A stretch of 64,000 nt of DNA from Chlorokybus atmophyticus. Taxonomy: Eukaryota; Plantae; Mesostigma and Chlorokybus algae. The notes under the pieces were generated by a model, which was given only the letters and a program-made list of their open reading frames with translations, made no database searches and was not told where the DNA came from. Both the position numbers and the translations under genes were made by a program. Shown here piece by piece: positions 23,617 through 35,163 of this stretch; the stretch's first letter is position 1, and every line of letters starts with the position of its first letter. Where the stretch lies: NCBI GenBank assembly GCA_009103225.1, contig RHPI01002402.1, positions 434,001-498,000 on the forward strand, given 5' to 3'.

Positions 23617-26600
23617 TCAATTCTGCGCAGCCTGCTGCTGTAACCGCTTCTGCGCCTTAGCCACAATCTTCATAAGCGTGTGCCTAAAATCGACCAACAC
23701 AGCATGCTCTTGTGCCTGATAGAATGGCGTCACGGGTGACCTTGGCAGCTCTCCAGGCCGAGGTGGCAAAGGCTTCGGCGACTGCGGCAACGGGAACAAC
23801 GTCTCCTTCTCATCGCACAACAAGCTGAGCGTCGTTGGTGAAGGCGGTCTTCGCAGCAGAGACGGTGACGAGTTGTCACGCTCCAACCTTGCTGCAGGCG
23901 TGGCCGTTGTTGCTCCACCATTTTCCCGGGTTTGCGTCAGGGGTGCGGTGCCATGCTGTGCGTGGCTCTGTACAACAGTGCTAGATGATGCGAGAGCTGC
24001 GGCTGGCACAGCTTGCATGCGAAGCTTGTGCTTGTCCATAGCAACAGCCATCATGTCAGTGGGTGGTTCTACCGGTGTGCTGTGCCGCGCAGTGTCCACA
24101 GGCGGCTGTGCACCTGCGCCTGCACATTGGTTATGACTGTCTGCAGCATCAATGCATGCACCCATGCATCCAGTCCACCTGCCCTGCTGTCCACTGTGCT
24201 TACCTGCGCTTTTCAGTAGCTTTTCTTTGTCTTGGGTGACCAACAGCAGCAGATAGCATAGCTCTTCTATGGCTGCTTGCTTAATGATGCCAGCAAGAGG
24301 AGACCTGCACACACCAAGTTAAGGTACTTCAGCGATCATGTTCACACAGTACAGGCTGTGACACGGTTATTTGCTCACTTGCGTGGTTGCTGTTGGTGAC
24401 TTGCAGATTCAACAGGCCGTGCAGGTCGCAGTGGACTTTCCACCTGCGCACGCTGTGTCACTCTGCCGGTCTATGGGTGAAGTGTTCATTCCAACAACGC
24501 ACAACCTTGAGAGAGACCTGTGCACATATCTGACCTGCAGCGGTCGCTTTGCTGCATGCAACTGCGGCGTGTACTTCTCTGCATCAGATGTGCGCGCTTT
24601 CTTGGACGGAGGAGCTGGCGAAGTGGTAGCCACAGAGGCGGCACCACCAGTAACCTCAGCAGCAAAGTACGCACGCCGCTCATCGCTGCCCTCGAAATTC
24701 TTGCAGTCCACGCACTTGCAGTTTTCACCACAGAGGATGCCTGCCTGGAAGCACTCACAGTACTTCTTGAGGCAGCCAGATTTCTTGCAATGGCAGCCTT
24801 TGCTGTGCCTTCCAGCTACCAGTTCCACCGCATCATCCTGTAGACAATCACAGTGTTTCAATCCAGATTAATACAAGAATATGCTAGTGACCTAGTGCTG
24901 TGATGCAAGGCATACACCAAGTGACCGGCGGACAGCAATGCGAACCAGTGTCATGCAACAACTGGTTGCCAGCATCAGGCAAGCTGCACAGTTGGTTGCT
25001 GATGGTCAACTCAATGCATGAGATCTGCGACAGTCAGGCCGCAAGACAGCAAGGACGTGAAGTACCTCAACTGACTGAGCTCTGACATCACAAACACGCA
25101 AACATGCAAACATGCGCGCATCACCACAGATAACAGCAGCACTTGTACAAGCAATTGTGGCGCATGTTTGCAGACTGGCATGACTGCAGGCGACACTGTT
25201 TGCATAACAACTGTACGAGCTGGTTCAGTTTGCAAACAGCACAGGAAGTATGCAATTACGGGACAAAAAGCGTGACCAGTGCACGCGTACCTTGGCCGCA
25301 GGTGTACAGGCAATTTTAGGTCTAAAAGCATTGGGGTTGCGTTCCAGCGTGGACTCCACTGCTTCCTGGCGCACTTGTTCACTTTCCACATTGTTGTAGC
25401 AGCCTATGCAGTTGCAGCTCTCGCTGCAGTATGTTCCCGAGGCAAAGCACTCGCAATACCTGTGGATGGCGAACTCTCAGTAACTGGCATGACTGCAACC
25501 CATGCAACGGCACCACAGAGGGAACATACAGCTTCAAGCAACGCGAGTTCTTGCAGTTGCAGGACTTCTTCTTTGGTGTGGAGTCCAGACTACGCTTGAT
25601 CCCCGAGCGAGGGGGCGAGGTCCGCCTATGATCACGCAACATGTTACCACGACTGGACAGCAAGTTCTTGAAGCTTTGATCACATGTCAATACGGGTTGC
25701 AATACCATACCTTACAGGCGATGTGAGAGGAGAAACAGAACGATCCGGCCATGCAGGGCCAGGTACATGCACCAACGCAGGCCCGTGTCCAATATGTTTT
25801 TGCAGTGGCGGTGGCGGTGGCGGCGGCGGCGGCGGCGGCGGCACCTGTGGTTGCATTGGATGCAGCTGCTGGTGCTGAAGCAACACCTGGTGCTGATGTT
25901 GCTGATGCCGTAGCACGGCATCTTTGGAGGGACTATTTGTGAGGACTGGTGCGTTCGCTGAGAAGTCTAGCTGGCGCACTAGCTTGCGCTGAGGGGGATC
26001 CGAATGGGAGGTTGCTATGGGCCGTACTCTGCGCGACGCCAACATCAGACTATTCCTATTCCAAACTGCACTCAAAGCAATACAGAGCTTGGCAAATAGC
26101 ATTGGACACGTACATATGGGCCTGTGCACTTGTGCTGGGAGCCATGCCAGAGGTGGATGGTGTCGGCACCAGTGTCTTGGTGGCTGAATGCCGCTGCAGG
26201 TCGGGCGAAGGGTCCGCGGCCTTAAATCGCACAACTTGCATGTTTGGGATTGCAGCTGCACACAAGTAACCTACTCAGTCAACCTGGCTCTGATGTTTGT
26301 ACTAGAGTCTACAGCATCGAACTTCGGTAGTTGAAGTCTATTGGCTTGGACTACGGCCACAACCCATGCAGATGCTATGTGAAGAATGCATGCTTGCTGT
26401 GCGAACCCCGAACCTGACAGATTGAATTTTTCAATATTTGTCAAGTTACATGGCGGTGTCAGCTTGCAACTTACAAAAGTATAACGCAGGGCAGCACCTC
26501 AAACAGCTGTGTTAGGGTGACTCTTTACAACAAGTCTACAACAACCAACAAGGTGTAAGCTGATCCACAACAGCTTACCGTAGGGTGCAGCGACATGCGG

Positions 26601-26978
26601 TCTGAGGGCGGGCATATAGTAGGGTGGTACACCTGCAGCTGCTGAGGTTGAAGCGGAGGCGGACGTTGAGGGACCAGCGGCGGCGGTGGCGGCCGGGGTC
26701 ATAGCAGAAGGGCGCGCCATACCTGCCAAAGGCCGCACCAGCATAGGGCGCACCAGCGACGGCCTGGTGGGCACTGTGGGCGCCGACGTTGAGGAGGAGG
26801 GCAGGCCTCCAGCGGGCGACATGGATGCCGGTGGGGCGGCAGCAGCGACGGACGCTGCAGGTGCAAAAGCACTACCGACAGCTTTGGGACTACCCGTAGC
26901 CGCAGCCCCTGCCCCTCCCCCTGCTGTTCCAGTGGCCCCAGCCTGCTGGCCCGACCAGGGCCCGGCCGGCGCTGCCAT
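23617..26978 (-). CDS. Tesmin/TSO1-like CXC-domain protein (LIN54-type DREAM/MuvB subunit)
   Basis: Two CRC domains: [31 protein letters not shown] and [37 protein letters not shown], with [10 protein letters not shown] hinge and RKLVRQLDF motif. Confidence 0.9.
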
Positions 26979-27358
26979 CCCAGCCCTTCGCCTGGCCTGA
27001 GCTTATCTCACACCTCGCCAGCACCAGACAAATCCCATCCCTGTAGCAAACCGCCAGCGCCCCAAAGACGCTCCCCAACACCTCGTCCCTGAGCTCCTCC
27101 TGCTGCTGCTCTCGCTCCACCTTTTCCTCCTCCTCCTAGTCCACCGCCTCCGCCGCCGCCAAGCCAGCTGGATGTCAGGCTGCTAAGCTAGAGGGCCGCC
27201 CCGTTGAAGCAAATCGGTCGCTGAGGCAAAGCTGACCGGAACGCTGCGTTTGAAAGTTTGAATAGCCCGCTGTGTAACAGGTAAGGCAGCAGTTGCGCTG
27301 GCCGGTACTGAGGCGGTCGTGGGCTGGCACCCGACCGGCTTCAGATTTGAACCTGCCT

Positions 27359-27701
27359 ATGGGCCTGTTGGGGGCTATGGTGTGGTGGGCGCGCACATTC
27401 AAATACAAAGTGTGGTGTGTCACCAATATCTTTACATGCGGTATGCTGCACTGGTTATAAGGAGGCGTCGGGCTCTGCAAGCCTGGTATGACACCTTCGC
27501 AAGTTGCAGGGCAGGGTCCTCTTCACAATGCTGCCAGCATGTGTGGCCTACACCGCTCACAAGGTATATATACTACGTATGATGTTGGCTATGACACTGA
27601 TAGAGTCGTCTTTTGCAGTTTACTTTACAACCTCGCAACTTGTTTGTCAGTACATTAGCCAGCAACTTTACGTAGTTGTGAATGTCATAACAATCCCATA
27701 G
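27359..27701 (+). CDS. Speculative 72-aa spliced ORF divergent from the CXC gene
   Basis: Exons 27359-27440, 27510-27563 and 27619-27701 join through GT-AG introns into an open frame (MGLLGAMVWWARTF...VITIP*); no recognisable domain. Confidence 0.15.
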
Positions 27702-30090
27702 TTTATATGTGAACATTAACATTGCTTGCAAGCACTGATAGCTGAATGGTGATTGCAAGTGTTTGTTGAACATGACGTATTACATGCTCACTCGTGGATG
27801 GTGTGTTGCTATGATTGGTCGCGTTGGAAAAGCAACATGTTTTATGCTTTCACATGTATACGCACGTGTATATTTCCGTGCGTCGTCCATTAATCCTTTC
27901 ATGCGTCATAAATGAAAGTTTATTTGCGTCACTATTTAGCGTTGTGAAAATACTGTATAAATGGCTATTACTTGACTTTATTGTACAATAAACCAAAAAA
28001 TGATTCCGCTTGTGTTCTTGAGTGCAAGTTTTACACAGTACATTGGGCATATATGATATCATATATACATGTATTGTATGAAACATATACCTTTGTATGA
28101 TTTACACATAACATAACTTATATCATTGCGTGTGATCATAAATCGTTAAAGAACTGAGTAAAGTTGGCCATCAATTACCGTAATTTACAAAAAAGTCAGG
28201 TTCAATCACTCATAAATTACGGTAATCAATTATCAAAATGGCAAAATATTAAATCAATCATGATTCAATGCGTTGTGCATAATGCTGCTGACGCAGGGCC
28301 TTGAGCCTGGGATCCTCGAGACCACCCTGCATAGTAACCTTGACGCCGCTGAGTGGATGGAGCGGTTTTCACCTCTGCCCATCATCATGCCAAGTTGCAA
28401 CATTTTGCTCAGCTCGAGCAAGAGGTGAGGGTAATTTTGCGACAATACCAAAACGAGTTGCCCCAAAACTCCAGTAAATAGCGGAAACACTTTTTCCGAA
28501 GGTACGCTCGCCATAAAGATTAGCTTTGCAAGAAGAACGTCACGATTGCGGCGAAGCACGCTGATGCCGATGCCGCCAATGCAATCACGCAAAACTTACA
28601 AATGATGTGGGACTTAATGTTTGCATAAGAGGTTCGTACCTTGACCATTGAAGAAGTCTGCGGATGCTTAAGTAGATCCCTACACGTACTCAAAAGTTCA
28701 GAATCATGAAGTTATTAGGGTGGTCAGCACGGTGGTGCCGTCCTGCCTGTTTTGCCCTGCCCTACACGCCCGCAGGTTAGTGTCAGTCAGTCGGTCTAAT
28801 TGATGTGATGCTATTGAACTAAATGGTATGATTGATTAATCATACCTTAAAGACTGTTGTTTGCCCGCACGTTCACAAATTGCAGTGCATAATGGTTGCA
28901 CCTAAGTATTTATGCATGTTCTTTCTGTCACAAATTTGGTGTCGTCATATTGATGCAATGATTTTCTCCATCAAGTTACACGTTTTTAAATTCCTTTAAC
29001 TTAGTGATTGTTATATATATTAGACATAATTTTGTAATGTCCATACTCACACAATTAAATATGTAGTATATATTTTATGTGGCATACACAAAATCAGACT
29101 AATCTTAGGCTCACATAATGTGGTGTGTGCAATGCGACAGCCATGCACTGCATTACGAGTATTTACAATTTCACTTCACTTTGACAATACGCGGATTCTT
29201 GTGGATGCTTGATCTTTTGGAATGCCAAGCTGCGATCATCGCTTATTGGAACATTATGTTTTCAGCAAGCAATCAACTTGCTTTAATGTAATTGTGACAT
29301 ACTGCTTCACCACAAAAGTATATAGTTTATTTTCATCAACAGTTGGTTGGTCAGTAGCTGTATTGCGGTTTTTCACAAATACAATAGCATGTTAACGAAC
29401 ATAATTGCAGACTTTATGTAATTGCCCATTTACAGCACGCGATACCTTGAACAAAAATATGTTGTTTGATGTTGTACATACTTTTGGTGCATTGCAATGA
29501 ACACATGATTAACAACCATTGTGCATCACAGCTTTAATTTTTTCAGTAACTTATTTAAGTACATAATGAAATGATGATGTATTTCAGGTGACTGCTTGCC
29601 ATCGATAGTAAGTAGTAGTTTGTGAGATGTTGCACAAGATGTTACATGTGGTAGCAATGTTACTATGATATACAATAAGGAGCGCCGTTGCGGCAGCATA
29701 TGTGTATAGAGTCTTGCCTTTTACATGTACCACCAAGGCATAACAAAAATGCGTTGGTTAATAGTAACGCACTGCGCCGCTACTCATTCATGTATGTTTC
29801 ATATTTGCAAGGATGTTGTAAGTTTTATGATTGTATTATGTATTACGTGTTAGTACTGTATATATATTAACACAAGCAAAGATGATACACCGTGTTCATG
29901 TAATGCTTTATTGACGCATAATTGCAACAAGATTAAAGCAATCTTCTCATCTGCGCAAAATGTTTGAGGGCAACTGGAGCTATGAAAGCGTTATGTCATG
30001 GTTTGAAAGTTGAGACTTGGTTGCGCTGTTTAAAGTAATGCAATTCAAAACACATGCACTATCGGTGACGTGCGTTCACAATGACTCTCA
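27560..30090. other. AT-rich non-genic island, possibly a decayed transposon or foreign insertion (boundaries approximate)
   Basis: Composition drops abruptly (28981-29040 has 12 G+C in 60 nt) relative to GC-rich flanks; no intact gene; contains inverted repeats and a degenerate ORF. Confidence 0.55.
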
Positions 30091-30701
30091 CCTTTTATTT
30101 GACCACCAGGCTAGGCGCTTGTGCGCTTGTACAAAATGAGTCAATGCGTGTGCACCGAGGGATGGTTGAGTATAGTAATGGAACCTTACAAGTATTATTC
30201 CCAACCAGTGTTCCACTATGAACTTGTAGGAGACAAGAAAAGCCCATGATGCGGCGGAAGGCACTTGTCGTGCCATACGCATTGAGAGGAGCGGGGGTGG
30301 TCACAAAGCCTGTGCAATGCAATGAGTAACATGCTCCGCCCAAAGGCTGATGCAGTTTTCACACTCACGACGAGGCTTCCAACTTCCAACTTCCAATGAT
30401 GTTTCTCAAACCAGTGCAAAAACACAAATGCTGCTGTGCAGATGAACCCTACGTACCAACAGCGGTGCAACATTAATCGAATGCACCGCTGCGCGTGTGG
30501 CTTGCAATAACTTATTGTTACTCAGCTTGCATAAGACGTGTATGCTAGTATTCTGCGTATGCTATCACATGCATGAGTGTAGTAGTCGCATGCAGCTGCA
30601 GTCACACGCTTAACATGGCAACACTGCCAGCGTACGACCACCGGGTCCACATGTGCAGCCTGCCAATGCGAGCGATGGTGACAGCCTGGCCTCAACATCC
30701 A

Positions 30702-33403
30702 CTAACGCCTGTAGCGATATCTCTTGAAATTGAAGTAGAGATGCAGGATCCCGCGCTCGTATGTGCACTTGAAACCCTTCTTGTGCGAGTACTCCCATTC
30801 CTTGTTTACAATCCTGAAGGCGATGTCCTGAAAGGTTTGCAAAGTGAGCTACTGTCCAAGCTACCCGTTGTTGCAGACATTGACCAACTTTGCCTGCACA
30901 GTGCTCAGAGACTACATGCCACACACGGTAATTACCTCATATGGAGGACCAGCATGAAAGCGAATGATGCATGTGTCACCATTCGGGTCATCCTTCTCAA
31001 TGTAGTAAGTCGGTGTCTTTGTCTTGTCAATGAGATCAGGGTAAAATAAGTTGAACTTGTAGCCCTGCACCACCTTTGGCGGGGGGTTGTCGTGATCATA
31101 GTGGGTCTGATTGTACTTGTTCCACTCGTATCCCGTGTGAACGCGGTTGAAGTACTTGGGCTTGCGAGGTCGATACTTATCGTGCCACCAGTAGCCCTGT
31201 GACTTGATCTGCACTTCTCCCTGGAACACGGCGTCTCCCTCCTCTTCCTGGCCCATCATCTTGGTGGAATCGCGTATCCTCTTCTGCTCCTCAGCCTCCT
31301 CAGCACGCTCGGCTGAAGTGGGCACAGGCAGGCGCGCGCCTTGCAGCACCTCCAATCGCCGCTGCTGCAGCTCTCGCAGATCATCCTCAGCATCCACAAC
31401 CTCCTCATTGTCAAAGTCCTCCACTGGCTCTGGGGAGAACGCCCCGTTCTCGGCAACCTGACCCGCGTGAGGTGGGGACTCAGGGACCACATCAGGCTCT
31501 GGTGCAGGTGGTGATTCCACTAGCTGCTCTGCTGCAGGCTCTGGAGTTGGCTGTCGTGGTGGAGAAGCCACTGGCAGTGGTTGACGCTGCAACCGCTGTT
31601 GAGATTGCGCCAAATGCAGCCTCAGCAGGTGGTTGTGTAAGTCCTTCAGCTTTGCTATGGACTTATGCACTGCCAGCCTCTTCAACACTGCCTCCCAGTA
31701 CTCTACCTCCTTCGCCTCACCAGTCCTGATCTGCGTCTGGATCTGGTCTTGCAGCTGCTGCAGCTCGCCAAAAGTTTTGTTGGCTAGAAGCGCCTGCACG
31801 TCTGTGTCAATGGACGCGTGCAGCATGCCTCCTTCATACAAGAGCTCAGGCGGCGGGTCTTTGAGCTGTGATCGATACTGCTCCAAGGCTTTCCTGCGAC
31901 GCGTCTCACGCAGCTCATTCTCGCAAACTACCATCATGTTCTCCCAAAACTCAACATGTAGAGGAGTAGCGCGATCCAGCTCCAGATGAAGCTGTATATC
32001 TTTCTGCAGCTCTTCCATCTGCAACACATAAGCCATTCATGCATTCATTCATTGCACTATGTATCATGTTCAACAAGCGACACATGCATATCACAGACTG
32101 GCTGTGTCAGCTGCTTACCTCGCGAATAGACAGACCAATGAAGACCTTGAAAGGCTCCTCGAGTGACACAGTGAACTCCTCATTAAGCAAAAGGTTCTTG
32201 GACATGAGGTCAATGGGCTTTGCACGTCCCTCTCGCAATCGGATAGCTGATCGCGTCTTTTGCTGCTGCAGATGAAAGTCATCTTCCTTGCGTCCCCAGT
32301 CACCAAATTCCATGACAGCGCGCTCGCGCGCAAGCATGGCTAACTCCTCTTCGTGACGAGCCCTCTCGCGTTCGCGCTCTTCCCGCCTCTTCTTAACCTG
32401 TCATCACAGTACATTGAACACACTGCCGACCACAACACTGCACTTTGCAAACACAGGAGACCGAACAACAACACGTACCTTCTCCACCTCCTCTAAGCGT
32501 TCGGCCATGCGCCGCCTCTCTGCTTGAGCTGAAAACTCTGAAGGGTCCGCACCTCCCGCGATATCGCGCTCAATCTTCTTGCGCCACACAAATCGTTCAC
32601 TGAGATTGGCATCACCAAACGGGTTGTTGTCGTTGGTGTAGCCAGCAACCCCTGTGGTCTTCAGCTTAGCAGCAAGCTTCTTGGCCTTTTTCTCGGCCTT
32701 GCGTTTCATCTGCTCTTCGTCAAGCAGCTTTTTGCTCTGGTCTTTGCTTTTATCCGCCTGCAAGGAGCGCAAGCGGCATGGCCGGTAAGCACAAAGAAAC
32801 ACTGCATAAAATACACATAACACGACCATAGCATGCATATATCACCACTCGCCACAACGCATAGCGTGCCAGCATGCACCAGCACAGCATGATTGCAATT
32901 TTACGGGTGGAACGACAACTACCACAAAGAAACTACGAAGCTAATGACGACAAACTTGTGTCATTGTGTTCAACGAGGCAACACCAAGCACAGCTTGCCA
33001 GCAATGCAATTGTAGTAAGCATACTATGTATACGGTATTGAGGACTCAATATACGCCCAACGTATATCACAGCCCTTACCCCATTCTCTTTCTCCTTGCG
33101 GCGTTCCTCGCGTCGCCGCTTCTTCTTCTTACGCCTGCGCCTCTTGCTCTCTTCATCGCTGCTCTCATCGTCATCTTCACTACTATCATCGCTTTCAACA
33201 TCAGCTCTCTTCTGCCGCCTTCGGCTGCTGCTCTTTTTGCCACTGCTCCTGCGCTTTGTGTCGACCTCCTCACCGCTGTCACTACCGCTGCTGCTGGCCT
33301 CCTCCTCCTTGTCGCTGCCATTGTTACCATCGTCGTCATCGCTCCTACGCCTCCTCCTGCTCCTCCTCTCCCGCCTCTCCTCCCCGTCGCCCTTGCCGCC
33401 CAT
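30702..33403 (-). CDS. CACTIN: Cactin (spliceosome-associated), 5 exons
   Basis: GYTNDNNPFGDANLSERFVWRKK, KEDDFHLQQQKTRSAIRLREGRAKPID, KYRPRKPKYFNRVHTGYEWNKYNQTHYDHDNPPPKVVQGYKFNLFYPDLID, C-terminal YFNFKRYRYRR*. Confidence 0.96.
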
Positions 33404-33479
33404 GTCGCCCACACCCACAACAAACCCACTAAGCACCACTTAGGGTTTGCAGTGGAGCAGTGTGTAAACAACTTGGTGC
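33404..33479. promoter_or_regulatory. Ultra-short bidirectional interval between cactin and the J-protein gene, with a telo-box
   Basis: 76 nt between opposing ATGs; TAGGGTTT at 33441-33448. Confidence 0.6.
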
Positions 33480-35163
33480 ATGGCGACGGCGACGGCGGAG
33501 GAGGACAGGCCTGGCCCTGACGCCGCAGAAGAGCAGGACCAGCGAAAGCAAAGGCGATACTATGGCTCACTGGCGGTGCTGGCTATCCTTGCCGCAGGGG
33601 TGAGCCTGTTGTTGTTGTTGTTTGCATGCGTTCATGTTGTTGCCCAGTGGACTGTAAGCAGTACTTTGAGAAACTCAAACTGGTGCAGCGGCTTGTAATT
33701 GTCACAAGCCACTGCACTAGATCAGTTACTGCCGTATGATGCTGTGTGTATGAAGGTGCTGGTTTGTCTGCAGGTCGGCAACGCACTCAGTTTGCGGCGT
33801 CAGCTCATTCGGATCAACTCAACGCACCACGTGGTAAGTGATCCAGTCTCATGCACATGACACCCTTGAGTCAACACCATAGCAACCTCAGCAGTTTGGC
33901 AAAGACATGGCGGATGCAGGCAGAGTCCATCCTGTAACTCCAGGTGCAAGTGGATGTGTGGCATGCAAGTAACACCAGTCAGTTTAAATTGCCAGGAAGA
34001 CGATGCATTTCAGCAAGCTTTCCGTCAGCACCAGCGTGCCAGCAGCAGTCGCGGGTCGTGGCGGACTGGCACCGCAGAGCATGCTAAGGAGCGAGCCAGA
34101 CGCGTAGCCGAGCAACAGGCGCGGGTGCAGGAAGAAAGAGCACGCAAGGTAGACTGTTCAAGTACTTGAATTCAATGGACAAGCAACTTGGCGACAGCTC
34201 TGTGCTCGCGCTGTACGTGTTGAAGAATGCACTGATCGAGCAGTGTTCGTGCTGGAGGTGCAGCCGCTGGTGTTGAGTTTGTGTGGGGCTTGATGCTCAG
34301 CATGCGTATCCTTTATGTTGGGGGTGAGTGTGACCTTTCTGGTTGCAGGAAAGGATACTCAAGATGTGGATGCGAGAAGAGAGTGACAAGGCACGCTGGC
34401 ACGCTGGGTACACACAGTTTGAGCCGTTTGGGTGGCAAAAGCAACAGGCGCATGTAAGTGACTGCTACTGCCCTATGCTCGCACTAAAACTCTAGTCTGC
34501 TTGCATACCAATTGCTTACCAAATCGAGGTGATTATGCGGCTCAGTCCCATAGTAGTTGAAGTGCAATTATATAACATGACGCTGGACGCTGGACAGTGA
34601 CTGCATGGGATGCTTAGTTAGTTTATGACTTCAGACGCACAGAGAGCGCGTTAGCACAGACTCTCCGTTCCCACCTAAAGACAGAACACTTGGCAACCTC
34701 GAGCACTACAAAGCCCTCGGCTTGGATCAGTAAGCGTTTCAACTGCAAAGCCCTGCATGCATGTTTTGCAGTACTGAAGTTGTTACTCGCACTTTGAACA
34801 AGCTTCTCATGCAGCGTGTGCATTGCAGTGCACGCGCAGACTTGCTCAGTCAAGATGATATCAAGGTCAGCTTGGTGCATTTCACGCCCCTTTGTATTGG
34901 CGTACTTTGTGTGTGTACTTATGTGTACTTATCTTGTGTTTTCTGGACAGAGTGCATTTCGTGCTCGGGTTAAAGAGTGCCATCCTGACTTGCATCCTGA
35001 GAAGAAAGGTACATAATCCTCGCTATTGCATTGGGACTGAGCAACAATTTGTCCACCTCCCAACGTGTATGCCCATCTTATGCAGTTGCCGGTCTTTGCA
35101 GATGAAGCAGCAGCCAAGTTCAGAAAGGTTGTGAAGGCCTATCAAGCTCTGCAGACGGCATGA
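33480..35163 (+). CDS. Small DnaJ/Hsp40 co-chaperone with an N-terminal hydrophobic segment and C-terminal J domain, 8 exons
   Basis: Spliced LEHYKALGLD-H-ARADLLSQDDIK-SAFRARVKECHPDLHPEKK-DEAAAKFRKVVKAYQAL with HPD motif; hydrophobic GSLAVLAILAAGVG near the N-terminus. Confidence 0.85.

Noticed and set aside
28349-28710. Alternative genetic code (TAA/TAG = Gln) suggested by the plus-strand frame in the island
   Set aside because: Well-supported genes in this window (CCT6, RpoT, cactin, the oxidoreductase) terminate at TAG or TAA, so the host uses the standard code
28716-28764. TAGGG...CCCTA 49-bp segment as a miniature hAT-like element
   Set aside because: Only 5 bp of terminal complementarity and no target-site duplication
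30088-30282. VRFHYYTQPSLGAHAL resembles the 2-oxoglutarate dioxygenase RxxxYP...GxHTD motif
   Set aside because: No HxD or distal His/RxS motifs, a short isolated ORF and no splice continuity; probably chance
32966-33570. Three overlapping 115-184-aa ORFs with hydrophobic or low-complexity sequence
   Set aside because: Alternative-frame and antisense shadows of the Arg/Ser/Glu-rich cactin exon 1
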